Positions 20,090-30,629 of a stretch of 64,000 bases of DNA are shown here, one piece after another. The notes beneath the pieces were generated by a model. It had not been told where the DNA came from. It ran no database searches and saw only the letters and a program-made list of their open reading frames with translations. Positions within the stretch are counted from its first letter, which is position 1, and each line of letters opens with the position of its first letter. The position numbers and the translations under genes were made by a program. The DNA comes from a virus (lineage: Duplodnaviria; Caudoviricetes), in IMG/VR virus record IMGVR_UViG_3300021387_000535, positions 8,929-72,928 of that record; one strand, 5' to 3'.

Positions 20090-20527
20090 ATGCTTAACAA
20101 GTCACGAATCGATATATATAATTACCTATATAACCTTTTCTTTGAAACGGTTACGGAGAATGTGTATTCGATGAACGAGCCACAGGAACTCACTCCAGAC
20201 GACACTAACGATGGATTTATTGTTATTCGTGTTGGCGATGTTATTGACGATAGTGAGTTTAGTGGTGAGGCTTATGGGCATGTGCGTTGTTACGTTGAGG
20301 CTTTCGTTCCCCCGATAAGTCGTGGTAGGCTTGATGTCGAAAAGTACAAGGCTTTTGAAGATAGTATTAACGATGTCATTGCGGTTGCTACGATGGAAAC
20401 TGGTGGTGAATACCACGTTCGAGAGGATAGTGTCATTTCTATGGATGGCGACGTTGCAAGCACGGCTAACAATACCTATTTTTCTTTTATCAAATCATTT
20501 ATCGTAGATATTACACAAATAGAATAA
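20090..20527 (+). CDS. Tail terminator protein
   Basis: Acidic 145 aa directly before the tail tube gene. Confidence 0.5.
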   Translation: MLNKSRIDIYNYLYNLFFETVTENVYSMNEPQELTPDDTNDGFIVIRVGDVIDDSEFSGEAYGHVRCYVEAFVPPISRGRLDVEKYKAFEDSINDVIAVATMETGGEYHVREDSVISMDGDVASTANNTYFSFIKSFIVDITQIE

Positions 20528-20570
20528 GTAATTACAATAAGTTTAACAACTAAAGAGAAAGGGAAATAAA

Positions 20571-21062
20571 ATGGCAAAGAAAACCACATTGAAGGCTATT
20601 AGCCTTGGTTATCGCGCAGTTGGTGCAACCACTGGCGACTATACTCCTCTTATGGGTGTTCTTAAGGGTCTTACCATCGCACAGGATGACCCCGATAGCA
20701 CCGAGATTGAGGCCGAGTTCTATGATGCTCCGTTTGATATTCAGTACGAAGGCAATCCCGTAACTTTCAACTTCGAGCTTGCAAACTACGACCTTTCGGA
20801 GCTGCCAGCAATCTTTGGCGGTACATACGATAGCCAGAACGACACCTACGAGGCTGCGCCAAGTGCATTCACATCCGAGCACGAGTGGAAGCTTGACTTC
20901 CAGCGCGGAAACGCTTCGCTCATCATCTACAAGGGGCTTACCGTTGGTACGGTAAAGAAAGACGAAGACGGAGCATTGAACTTCGCTGTTACCATCTCGT
21001 CGCTTGTTTACACCGACACGAATCAGGTCGACCACATGTACAAGATTGTTGGTGGTTCATAA
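20571..21062 (+). CDS. Major tail tube protein
   Basis: 163 aa, beta-rich, high-expression codons, precedes chaperone and tape measure. Confidence 0.7.
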   Translation: MAKKTTLKAISLGYRAVGATTGDYTPLMGVLKGLTIAQDDPDSTEIEAEFYDAPFDIQYEGNPVTFNFELANYDLSELPAIFGGTYDSQNDTYEAAPSAFTSEHEWKLDFQRGNASLIIYKGLTVGTVKKDEDGALNFAVTISSLVYTDTNQVDHMYKIVGGS

Positions 21063-21091
21063 TGTAGCGATTCTTTTGTTTTCGTGAACGT

Positions 21092-21133
21092 GGGGAGCGT
21101 TTATAGGGGTGTCCCCTGTGACGCTCCCCTTTT
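21092..21133 (+). terminator. Intrinsic terminator after the tail tube gene
   Basis: GGGGAGCGT...ACGCTCCCC 9-bp stem, inner ATAGGGG/CCCCTGT stem, followed by TTTT. Confidence 0.75.
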
Positions 21134-21189
21134 GGTTTCACGTAGACAACAATAAATACTATTACAAACAAGAAAAACGTTCACGAAAT

Positions 21190-21774
21190 ATGGCAATAGA
21201 AAAAAAAGAAACAAAGGTGGAAGAGGACGGGCTAAAGGAGTTCCCGATAGATGTCAAGCGCGACATATTAGACATAATAAACGATGCACCGTCACTTGTA
21301 AGGCTTGGTTCAAAGGAATACAAGGTTAAGGGTATGCGTTTCTATAGTGTCTATCGTATAGCGCGCTTGTGCTTGGATATGAAAGAGGCTGATGAGTTAA
21401 TGGTAAGTGACGACAATAAGATTGTAACCGCGCTATGTACGGATTTAGATGCCATGTGTGAGATTATGGCTATAATCCTTTGTAATCACTTGTTTACGCC
21501 AGATGGTGTATCAAGTAATGAAGAGGCTAACGAAAGGAACGAACGGCTTATTAGCACGATGAAAATGAAAGTTATGAATAGCACGTTTGAACCTAACGAA
21601 TGGGCGGCAATCATATTGGGCGCATTGAAGAGCATCGATTTATCCGCTTTTTTTTTACTCAAAAAATCGGTGAGTACGGCTACGGATTCACTTCTGATGC
21701 GGAAGAGGAAATCACAGGAGACAGTATCACAGTTTATGGAAGCACTATCGTTGCAGACGCGGCAGACTTCATAA
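21190..21774 (+). CDS. Tail assembly chaperone (gpG-like)
   Basis: ATG 21190 (MAIEKKE); lies between tail tube and tape measure; contains a 9-T slippery run. Confidence 0.7.
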   Translation: MAIEKKETKVEEDGLKEFPIDVKRDILDIINDAPSLVRLGSKEYKVKGMRFYSVYRIARLCLDMKEADELMVSDDNKIVTALCTDLDAMCEIMAIILCNHLFTPDGVSSNEEANERNERLISTMKMKVMNSTFEPNEWAAIILGALKSIDLSAFFLLKKSVSTATDSLLMRKRKSQETVSQFMEALSLQTRQTS

Positions 21775-22040
21775 GGGCATTTCCACAATACACCCTCAAC
21801 GACTACCTTTTCACATTAAGTTGTGCGCAGATACAATTCATGGCGGTAGATAACACACACACGAAATACCTACGTGGTACGGATAAGAAGGCGTGGAACA
21901 ACTACGCGGAGGCGTTAAAGGCGCAGAACAAGCTTGGTAATTTCTTGGGCGGGCTTAACATGCCAAAGCTAAAGAAAGGCGAGGAGTACGAAGTTCCGAT
22001 TAGAAAGCGGGACAACAAGAAAGTGAAAGATAAGAAATAA
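21648..22040 (+). CDS. -1 frameshift extension of the tail chaperone (gpGT-like)
   Basis: The -1 frame is open from before the T9 run to 22040 and has no convincing start of its own. Confidence 0.65.
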   Translation, partial: FFFTQKIGEYGYGFTSDAEEEITGDSITVYGSTIVADAADFIRAFPQYTLNDYLFTLSCAQIQFMAVDNTHTKYLRGTDKKAWNNYAEALKAQNKLGNFLGGLNMPKLKKGEEYEVPIRKRDNKKVKDKK

Positions 22041-22058
22041 CTTCTAAATCATATACGT

Positions 22059-25000
22059 ATGGCAACAAACCCAACCGTTGTTGTTGGTCACTTGAACGAC
22101 CAAGAGTTAAAGAACAACATTAACGCCCTTGTTCAACATGTGAATGAGGGTATGAACAAGATTGTTCAAAGCACGAATACAGCCGTTGAGAACATAAAGA
22201 ACAAGCTAAAAGAGCTTGGTAACATAAATGTTAATGAACCGTCTTCAAAAAGCGGTTCTAATCGCGTGAGAAAGCAGAAGGAGGAAACCGAAGCGGTTAA
22301 AGAAACAACGAGGGCACGAAAAGAATTAAAGGTTACATTAGACCAAGAAGCAGCGGCTATGCAGAAAGCTTCTGCACCGAAAAGTGCGCGCGATAGCTTC
22401 TACGCCTTTGCTCAGGCATTTAAAGAAAGACGCGATGCGCTTGCACAACAAATTTCCGCGTTGGAAAAAACCGTCAATATGGCTATAGAAAAGAGAACGA
22501 ATAATATAAATAGGCAAATAGACGAAGCGCGTAGAAAGATAATAGGGCTTAAAGACGAGTTAAACAAAGCAAATGCTACAAATAATACCGCATGGGCACA
22601 GCAAGCAACAAGGGGTATTGAACAAGAAACGAACCACATTAAGAATCTTAAAAAAGAGCTTGCAAACGTAAACAACGAGTTTGCAATACAGAGATTACAA
22701 TTAGCGATGATGGCCGCGGAACATCATAAGGTCGCAAACGCAATGAACGAAAGTGTGGCTATTTCCGCAAAAAACACATCAGAAGCAAGAAGGAGAGCTT
22801 CTGCTGAAATGGATGCAACAAACGAAGCAAGGAAGCATACTGATGAAATAAGTCGTCAAGCTGGCGAGTTAAGAAAAGTTGTTGCTGCAGAAACACAAGA
22901 AATACAAGATTTGGAAACTATAACCAAGCTCGCAAAAGAAGCGCGACAATACATGAAAGAAACTGGTCGCACGGCTTTTGATATTCCATATCTTCGTACC
23001 AATAGTGGTCTTACGTTTATTTACGCAGAAAACGACGAACGCGCAAAGGGTCTTACAATAGAACAACAAATTGCGAATCGTCTAAAAGAAAATAGTTCTT
23101 TATACCAAGAAAACGCGGTTTCTGCATCCAAGGTCGTTGACGAAGAGCGTAAAATAACGCAAGAGTTAGACAAAAGAAAGACATACAAAACGCCGACTAC
23201 GGAAATCAACGAATCTTTCAAAAGGCTCACCGCAAAAGCTATTGGTATAGACCCATCTAATATGGTTAGTGGCGCAAGCACTGAAATTTCCAAAATGACA
23301 GCTTATGTGCGCCAACTTGAAACGGCATACACAAATCTTACCGAACGCGAAAGAAGAACACCATTTGGTCTTCAGCTTAGACAAGAAATACAAGCCACTT
23401 CGCGCACAATAAAAGGATTGCGTGCAGAGATGTCTCGCCCAATCAACTTAAAGGATGCTCTTGCTGGCTCGGAAAAAACATTGGACGATATTGCCTACAA
23501 AATACAACGTCTAAATGACTACAAGCGCGGTTTGAATATCACCGACCCAAAGCAAGTTGCGGAAATGCAACAAGTGGATAATGAGATAAATAGGTTGAAT
23601 AAAGACTTGCAAAAGTACATGAGTAACACTAAGCAAGCCACACAATTGAACAACGCGCTATCCCGTTCGTGGAACTACATGAAAAACCGTCTTGCTTTCT
23701 ACTTTACCGTTGGTGCAAGCACACAATTCGTGAAGAACCTTATCGACATTCGTTCGCAATACGAAATGAACGAACGTGCGTTGGGCATTCTTATCAATAG
23801 CGCGGAGCGTGGTACGCAGATATTTAACCAACTTTCGCAGATGGCGCTTGTATCGCCGTACACACTTATTGAATTGTCTGCCGCAGCAAAGCAACTTGTG
23901 GCATACGATGTTGCCGCCCGTGATGTTGTGGATACTACACGTCGTTTGGCAGACATGGCAAGCGCCGTTGGCGTTCCAATGGAGCGTCTTACATACGCAC
24001 TCGGTCAAATCAAAGCTTATGGTTATCTTAACTCGCGTGATAACCGTATGTTTGCTAATGCTGGCATTCCACTTGTCAAACAACTCGCCGATTATTATAC
24101 CGAGTTTGAAGGTAAGCTTGTTAGCACCGCCGATGTGTACGATAGAATTAAGAAAAAAGCCGTAAGCTATGGCGATGTGATGCAAGTCATTAACAAAATG
24201 ACGGACGAAGGTGGAAAGTTCTTCGATTTCCAAGCGAAGATGGCAGATACGCTTAAAGTTCGCCTTGCTAACCTTACGCTTGCATGGAACAACATGCTTA
24301 ATGACATAGGTAAGGAAACGCAAGGGGTTTTAACTTTCGGCATCGGTGCACTAAAACAATTATTCTTAAATTGGAAAGCCTTTGATAAGGCCATAAAAGA
24401 CGCAGCGATTGCTGGAGTAATAGTTGTTGCGTTTAGAGCTTTGAATGTAATGCTTGTAAAATCGGGGTTACAGTGGCGTATTCTTAGCAAGGAAATGACA
24501 ACCGCTGGAATTGCAGGCGCTGGCGTCGCAAACAAAATGAATTTACTTGGCCGCTCGCTTGCGGGGCTTGCTAAAAATTCACTTACATGGTGGTCGTTGC
24601 TTGTTTTTTGGCTTGTTGAAGTTTTTCATGGTATATCCGACGCAAATGCAGCACAACGCGAATTCAATAAATCCATGCGTGACGGTGCAAAAGACAACTA
24701 CGACAACATTACTAAGTACCTTGACCAATATAAAAAGATACGCAATAGCTTATACAAAAACGAAGAATATTCCTTTGTAGACCCAGGCGGAATAGAGCGA
24801 ACGCGCGTAAGGACTGTCGAGCAAGATATAGATAAAGGCGAAGCGTCAAAGGTTTGGGAATCAATGCGCGAGCAAATAGAGCTTACAACAACGGCAAGTA
24901 ATGCTTATGTAGGCCAACTATTGCGCATAGATAACATTTCCGAAAGATTAAGGCGTGGATTTGCCATACTTGATAATATACAGGAAGTTAACGCTGCTCT

Positions 25001-28000
25001 AAAAGATGTTGACGAAGATACAATAGAAGTAAATGGCGATTTGTCGTCTTGGTGGAATCTTTGGATGTTACCAGACGGTTTAATTGACAACCTTAAGGAC
25101 TATAGAAAACAAATAAAGTTGGTTACTGATTCGTGGGGGAGTGTTCAAGAAGCAAGCAAAAATGCAAGCGTAGCAGCCGCAGACGACTTAGCCAACCTTT
25201 CTACGCAAGCAAGGAGGTTTCAATCCGACTTGAAAGATACAACAGATTCCATAATTGAGTTTATAAATTTAAAAGGGTGGGGTAATGATGAAAATAAAAT
25301 TAATGAGGCTTTTGAACAAATAACAAATAAAATAGTAACCGAAAACCAACTAAGCCCGCAAGAAGCATTCGAACTTCAACTTGGAGTGGAAAACGCACGT
25401 TCTCAAGCCGCAAAACAAGCGTTAGAAGCACGAATAGAAGACGAGAAAGCCGCACTAAAGGTAGCGTATAGCGATGAGGTTGCCGAAGCGTTGAAAGCCG
25501 ACCAAACAAGGCTTGCCAATTGGGCTAAGTTCAACGGTGAAAGCCGCGTGTATTGGGATAACTTCACGAAGTACATCAAGGAACGCCACATAAGCGAATT
25601 GCAAGCCGCCTATAACAAGATGACCGAGAACGGTACGGTTGCAATGAACTACCAATCGCAAGAATGGTTCGAATTCGTCCGTAGTTGGGCTAACAAGTAT
25701 GAAAAAGAAAACGGTTACGCCCAAGATAGCGTTTTCAATAGGTTGCGTAATTGGATTAACGACGCGAATAATTGGAAGGTGTTTATCAAGCTTACGATTA
25801 GCACCGAGGACGGCAAGTCAGTTTATGATGTACTAACGGAGGCCGACACCGCCGCGAATGATGCTTATAAGAAGATTGAACGCCTTAAAAGACGTAGAGG
25901 TGAATTAGAGAAAATGGGTGGTGCTGCTTCATCAGACCTTAAGGTTGCAACGGAATATCGTAATACGGTCAAGGAGATAGCTACCGCCGAACAACATTAC
26001 AACGACGCACTTGCGAAAGGTGGCCACTCGCAAAAAGAAGATACCGAGAACAAGAAAGCGGGAGCAAGGGCAGCACGCGAGGCGGCAAAAGCACAACGCG
26101 AGGCCGAATCGGAATTGCAACGCGCACTTAAAGACGAATTGTCCTTGATTGACAAGGTGCGTAGCCAATACAAGAAGCTAACCGATGCGGGCGTGTCAAA
26201 TACCACCGCCTTAACGATGGTTACAACGCAGTTCAATAACTCAATAGAACATATTAACAAGGTTCTTGGAAAGAACGGTTTGCCGTTGTTTAACATCAAA
26301 ACGTTTGCTGGTACGGACAATCCGCGCGAAATCCTTAACATGCTTAAGGCTCAACTCGAAGCGGCAAAGCTCGCAAAGAATATCAAGCCAGCGGAAATCA
26401 AAGACCTTGAAATCAAGTATGGCGAAATCGTTATAGACGCGAAAGCTTACGATACTAAAAAAATCGCCGATGGGCTTAACAATGAACTTGGCAAGATTAA
26501 GGACGAATACGAACTTGCCGTGGAATTGGATGCAAACCCAGAATTGGGCGGTTTGTTTGAGGACATGCTCGGCATAGACATGAGGGATTTGCCACAAACA
26601 TTCGGCGAGGCTTTTGATAAGGCTAACGACATAGCAAAAAAGAAGCTTTCCGAACTAAAGGTCGATGTTCGCGACTTTGACTTGATGCGTACCGTTATAA
26701 CGCCCGATGAAAACAACATGTGGGAGGGGCTTACGTTCGATAGCGAATTTGTTAAGAACCTTACAAAATGGCAAAAGACATTCCGCGATATGTTCCAAAA
26801 GAACATTGCAGATACGGAAAAGATGCTTGACGACTTTGTTAAAAAGTACGGCGACTATTCGGATAAGATGGCGGAAATCGAGGCCAATAGGCTTAACGAA
26901 ATTAAGCGATTGAATGAAGCGTATTACACGGAGGAAATGCGCACACGCCCCGAATACCTCGCAAAGCTCAACGCGATAGAGGCAAAGGCGAATAAGGAGC
27001 GTGGGCGTGTAAAGCTTGACGAGTTCAAGAATTCAAGTCTTTACGTCGCAATGTTTGAAAACCTACAATATGCCGCCACCGAAACGCTTGTTGCTATCCG
27101 CGAAAAGCTTGATACGCTTAAGAAGGAAATGGGCGAGTTAGACCCCCAACAACTCAAATCGATACAACAACAGTTTGAGAAGATAAACACGGAACTTTTG
27201 CGGCGTAATCCGTACAAAGGGCTTATAAAGAACGCGAAGAACTACATTAAAACGTTGGGCAAGAGTAGAAAGATTGCGCAACAAGACTTTAAGATTGCAC
27301 AAGACAAATACGACGCGCAACTTGAAATCGTTACAAAGAAGAAAGAGGAACTTGAGCAAATAAAGGCGCAAGAACCCTTTAACAAATTTGCCATAGCAAT
27401 AGTTGCCGCTCAAGTTGGCAAGGAGGACGAAAAACTCCAAAAGCTAAAAAAAGAGCTTGAGCTTGCCAACGAACTCAACGACCAGTACAACTTGATGACC
27501 AAAATCTTCAAGGAACAAGCAAACGCAATAGCAACCGATGTTCAGAAAATAGCGAACAACCTACAAGCCCTTGGTGAGTTCCGTGATACACTTAACGGTT
27601 TGTTCGGTATTGACGCATCGAAAGGAGAAACGTTGCTTGGACACAACATCGATGGTATTGTTGATGGCTTGACGAAAGTCGGCGACGGGCTTAACCAAGT
27701 CGTTTCATCCGCGCAAAGCCACAACGCGGTTGGTGTTGCTACTGGCGTTATCAATACCGTTGCTGGTATCGGTGATTCTATCGCAAGCGTGTTTGGTGAT
27801 GGTTCGGCACGCACGCGGCGCTTGAACCGCGAGATTTACAAAAGCAAAGATGCGGTGCGTGAACTTAACCTCGCGTACAAAGACCTTGAGCGTGCCGTTG
27901 AGCGTGCCACGGGTACTGAAGAGACTTCCGCACGGCGAATGGAAATCGCGAACAAGGAGGCCGAGATGGCCGAGATACAACGCCAGATGGAACTTGAACG

Positions 28001-28763
28001 TAGAAAGCGCTCGAAAGACCGCGATAACGACGCGATAAAAGAGTACGAGGAAACGATTCAAGATTTGCGTAATGAGATAGCGGATTTGAAAGACGACCTT
28101 GTGAACAACCTACTTGGTAGCGACGTGAAATCCGCCGCCGAAGACTTTGTTGACACTTGGGTTGATGCTTGGCGTGCGGGCGAGACCACGCTTGATGCCA
28201 TAACAACGAAGATGGATGAAATGATTTACAATCTCATCAAGAAGGCGGCAACATCAAAGATTGTAAGCGTGTTGTTAGACCCGTTGTACAAAGCCGTTGA
28301 TAGGTTCACGCAAACAAGTTCGGAGGGTGGCTACGACTTAACGACGAACGAGTTGAGTTCCATCGCACAGTTGGCTGGTGAACTTGGCATTAAGATTAAC
28401 GATGCACTTGGTGCTTTCTACGGTAATCTTGCCAACCTTAATATTATCAACAAGAACATTGAAAACGGCGACGACGAGTTGTCGGCACTACAAGCTGGCA
28501 TACAAGGTATCACCGAAGACACCGCTGGCGCTTTGGAAGCCTACATGAATAGTGTATCACAACAAGTGTACCTACAAAGTGACTTGCTAACACAAATCCG
28601 TGATGCGGTCGTGATGTTCAATACGGATGTGCAGGTCGCTACGATAAGTCAGATATTGCTTCAACTACAAAGTAGCTATCAAGTGCAAATGTCGATACAA
28701 GGTATTCTTGAAGGATGGTCAAATGCAAGTGGCCAAGCAATGCGTGTTGAACTAATGAACTAA
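22059..28763 (+). CDS. Tape measure protein
   Basis: 2234 aa, helical and Ala-rich; tape-measure motifs (ALVSPYTLIEL, AAVGVPMERL, YALGQIKA). Confidence 0.92.
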   Translation: MATNPTVVVGHLNDQELKNNINALVQHVNEGMNKIVQSTNTAVENIKNKLKELGNINVNEPSSKSGSNRVRKQKEETEAVKETTRARKELKVTLDQEAAAMQKASAPKSARDSFYAFAQAFKERRDALAQQISALEKTVNMAIEKRTNNINRQIDEARRKIIGLKDELNKANATNNTAWAQQATRGIEQETNHIKNLKKELANVNNEFAIQRLQLAMMAAEHHKVANAMNESVAISAKNTSEARRRASAEMDATNEARKHTDEISRQAGELRKVVAAETQEIQDLETITKLAKEARQYMKETGRTAFDIPYLRTNSGLTFIYAENDERAKGLTIEQQIANRLKENSSLYQENAVSASKVVDEERKITQELDKRKTYKTPTTEINESFKRLTAKAIGIDPSNMVSGASTEISKMTAYVRQLETAYTNLTERERRTPFGLQLRQEIQATSRTIKGLRAEMSRPINLKDALAGSEKTLDDIAYKIQRLNDYKRGLNITDPKQVAEMQQVDNEINRLNKDLQKYMSNTKQATQLNNALSRSWNYMKNRLAFYFTVGASTQFVKNLIDIRSQYEMNERALGILINSAERGTQIFNQLSQMALVSPYTLIELSAAAKQLVAYDVAARDVVDTTRRLADMASAVGVPMERLTYALGQIKAYGYLNSRDNRMFANAGIPLVKQLADYYTEFEGKLVSTADVYDRIKKKAVSYGDVMQVINKMTDEGGKFFDFQAKMADTLKVRLANLTLAWNNMLNDIGKETQGVLTFGIGALKQLFLNWKAFDKAIKDAAIAGVIVVAFRALNVMLVKSGLQWRILSKEMTTAGIAGAGVANKMNLLGRSLAGLAKNSLTWWSLLVFWLVEVFHGISDANAAQREFNKSMRDGAKDNYDNITKYLDQYKKIRNSLYKNEEYSFVDPGGIERTRVRTVEQDIDKGEASKVWESMREQIELTTTASNAYVGQLLRIDNISERLRRGFAILDNIQEVNAALKDVDEDTIEVNGDLSSWWNLWMLPDGLIDNLKDYRKQIKLVTDSWGSVQEASKNASVAAADDLANLSTQARRFQSDLKDTTDSIIEFINLKGWGNDENKINEAFEQITNKIVTENQLSPQEAFELQLGVENARSQAAKQALEARIEDEKAALKVAYSDEVAEALKADQTRLANWAKFNGESRVYWDNFTKYIKERHISELQAAYNKMTENGTVAMNYQSQEWFEFVRSWANKYEKENGYAQDSVFNRLRNWINDANNWKVFIKLTISTEDGKSVYDVLTEADTAANDAYKKIERLKRRRGELEKMGGAASSDLKVATEYRNTVKEIATAEQHYNDALAKGGHSQKEDTENKKAGARAAREAAKAQREAESELQRALKDELSLIDKVRSQYKKLTDAGVSNTTALTMVTTQFNNSIEHINKVLGKNGLPLFNIKTFAGTDNPREILNMLKAQLEAAKLAKNIKPAEIKDLEIKYGEIVIDAKAYDTKKIADGLNNELGKIKDEYELAVELDANPELGGLFEDMLGIDMRDLPQTFGEAFDKANDIAKKKLSELKVDVRDFDLMRTVITPDENNMWEGLTFDSEFVKNLTKWQKTFRDMFQKNIADTEKMLDDFVKKYGDYSDKMAEIEANRLNEIKRLNEAYYTEEMRTRPEYLAKLNAIEAKANKERGRVKLDEFKNSSLYVAMFENLQYAATETLVAIREKLDTLKKEMGELDPQQLKSIQQQFEKINTELLRRNPYKGLIKNAKNYIKTLGKSRKIAQQDFKIAQDKYDAQLEIVTKKKEELEQIKAQEPFNKFAIAIVAAQVGKEDEKLQKLKKELELANELNDQYNLMTKIFKEQANAIATDVQKIANNLQALGEFRDTLNGLFGIDASKGETLLGHNIDGIVDGLTKVGDGLNQVVSSAQSHNAVGVATGVINTVAGIGDSIASVFGDGSARTRRLNREIYKSKDAVRELNLAYKDLERAVERATGTEETSARRMEIANKEAEMAEIQRQMELERRKRSKDRDNDAIKEYEETIQDLRNEIADLKDDLVNNLLGSDVKSAAEDFVDTWVDAWRAGETTLDAITTKMDEMIYNLIKKAATSKIVSVLLDPLYKAVDRFTQTSSEGGYDLTTNELSSIAQLAGELGIKINDALGAFYGNLANLNIINKNIENGDDELSALQAGIQGITEDTAGALEAYMNSVSQQVYLQSDLLTQIRDAVVMFNTDVQVATISQILLQLQSSYQVQMSIQGILEGWSNASGQAMRVELMN

Positions 28764-28773
28764 TCATACGTAT

Positions 28774-29358
28774 ATGGATAAAGAATTTTTCGGTTTCCTT
28801 AAGGACGCTTACGAAAGTGGGCTATGCAACGAATATAGGGACGAACTACGGCGATGCGGCGATGACAAGCTCCTACTTATGGGGCTTGCCATGCGCCAAC
28901 AATCAATCCCGTATATCGCAACAAAATTGCACGATGGTGTACTTACTAAGGAATGGGTGCAAAATGCGTTTAGCGGCTATTTAAACGGCTTTATATTGAA
29001 TGATTGCGATGGCGTTGATGGCTACAAGTACACATGGTACATCGATTACGATTACGCAAATGATTTGTTGGTTGATGTTGATGTTATGCACATATCATTC
29101 ACAAAGGGGGCTTACGTGAACGTTCCGATAACACGTTGCCCGATTATCTATGTGAGCAATGATAGCGACATACGGTTGTCTTGCGATGGCTTTAATAACA
29201 TAAAGCTATACATGTTTGACACATCAAAGGTAACACTTGACGATATTGATAGCGACACGCAAGTAACTATATACAAATATAGCGATAGTGCTTGTGTCGA
29301 CTACGGTAGATTTTGTTTTGGTAAGATTAAAGAATTCAATAAAGAACTACGATTATGA
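28774..29358 (+). CDS. Hypothetical protein (tail module)
   Basis: 194-aa ORF coupled to the tape measure gene. Confidence 0.55.
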   Translation: MDKEFFGFLKDAYESGLCNEYRDELRRCGDDKLLLMGLAMRQQSIPYIATKLHDGVLTKEWVQNAFSGYLNGFILNDCDGVDGYKYTWYIDYDYANDLLVDVDVMHISFTKGAYVNVPITRCPIIYVSNDSDIRLSCDGFNNIKLYMFDTSKVTLDDIDSDTQVTIYKYSDSACVDYGRFCFGKIKEFNKELRL

Positions 29359-29837
29359 ATGACAGTAGGAATAGGTATTATGTCAAGAAGGAAAGCGGTG
29401 AACAGTTTACCGATATTACAGAGCTTTTCGACGGCGTTGCCGTACTTAAGATGAATGGATTGCTTGCAAAGGGAAAGCCAGTGAACATTTACACGGCGCA
29501 ATGGATTGACGAACAAGAAGAAGACTTTTTGATAACAACAATCGATGAGCACAACACACCCGTTGTCATCCGCGAGAACGTTGACATAGAGCTAACGTTT
29601 ATCATCCGCGAGAAATATGCGGTAGGTAATATCGATGTACAAACCGTACACGACAACTTTGTGTCGTATATGACCGATTCGGACGTATGGCTTAAAACGT
29701 CGTACCTTGGGAACAAGTATGCGCATTGTGTTTGTCTCAAAGAATATCAACCGACCACGATTAAGCTTGACCGAGGTGAGAAATCATACATCATGGGAAC
29801 TATTACCTTACATTGCTTGGATACACCGAAGCTTTGA
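29355..29837 (+). CDS. Distal tail protein-like
   Basis: 160 aa beta-rich protein after the tape measure gene. Confidence 0.5.
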   Translation: MNDSRNRYYVKKESGEQFTDITELFDGVAVLKMNGLLAKGKPVNIYTAQWIDEQEEDFLITTIDEHNTPVVIRENVDIELTFIIREKYAVGNIDVQTVHDNFVSYMTDSDVWLKTSYLGNKYAHCVCLKEYQPTTIKLDRGEKSYIMGTITLHCLDTPKL

Positions 29838-29883
29838 ACATATTGCTATTATACGTGCTACTATTTTCTTATTTGTAAGAAAC

Positions 29884-29915
29884 AAAGCCCGACATCCGTG
29901 AGGACATCGGGCTTT
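29884..29915. terminator. Bidirectional terminator between convergent late and replication operons
   Basis: AAAGCCCGA-CA-TCC-GTGA-GGA-CA-TCGGGCTTT hairpin. Confidence 0.8.
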
Positions 29916-29936
29916 ACCCATTTAACCCTTGTTATC

Positions 29937-30182
29937 TTAATCCCGTTTGAATAGTCGGGCGTACCAAGGTTTTTTCTCCGACGCGTCGCTACATGTGGCA
30001 ACGCTTGCAATTTGGCTATCCAAGCGGTCTTGCATGTTCTTGATAACACCTTTAAGCCTTTCGTTTTCCGCGATGACGGAATCAAGCTTGTTTTGCAATG
30101 TCGTGTTCCGCGACTTCATTCCAACAAGACGTTTCTTTAGATGCCTTACGTCTTCAATCTTGTTTTCTTGTTCTTCACTCAT
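29937..30182 (-). CDS. Hypothetical coiled-coil protein
   Basis: 81 aa; C-terminal KKPWYARLF motif. Confidence 0.6.
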   Translation of the reverse strand: MSEEQENKIEDVRHLKKRLVGMKSRNTTLQNKLDSVIAENERLKGVIKNMQDRLDSQIASVATCSDASEKKPWYARLFKRD

Positions 30183-30215
30183 TTTTTTAAACGTTTAAAA
30201 AGTAAATATATATAT

Positions 30216-30623
30216 TTAGAAATCAGGTCTATTATAGTCGTCCAAGTTCGGTTGCTCGGTGCTATTCCCAAACGACTCGGCTATCATTTTTTTCTCAACC
30301 TTTAACGACTTCCTTGGGTATGCCGCGATGTTTATCGCTTGTATTAGCACGCTATAGCCATCCACCATGCGACCTTGTTCTATCGCGTATGGCATAATCT
30401 CGCCCTTCACTTGCACCAACATGCCACGGCTAAAATACTTGTTGATATATCCGCGCTTCTTTTCGTTTCCGCTATAGATACATTTCCATGATATTACCTT
30501 ATCATCGATTATCTCGCCATTAGCCTTACGGTAGCCTTTCTTATATTCATCAACCCATATCAAGATACATTCTTGTTGGTATTTGATGTTTGTTATATGT
30601 CCCAATACTTGAAAGTCCGCCAT
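30216..30623 (-). CDS. Single-stranded DNA-binding protein-like
   Basis: OB-fold pattern (GMLVQVKGEI), acidic tail ending PDF. Confidence 0.65.
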   Translation of the reverse strand: MADFQVLGHITNIKYQQECILIWVDEYKKGYRKANGEIIDDKVISWKCIYSGNEKKRGYINKYFSRGMLVQVKGEIMPYAIEQGRMVDGYSVLIQAINIAAYPRKSLKVEKKMIAESFGNSTEQPNLDDYNRPDF

Positions 30624-30629
30624 AACATT

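Noticed and set aside
21109-21189. Longer upstream starts given in the ORF track (also for TerL, spanin, fibre, PAPS-like and the alphaCTD-like gene)
   Set aside because: The extensions overlap terminators, neighbouring genes or non-coding structure; downstream ATGs have the typical AT-rich initiation context.
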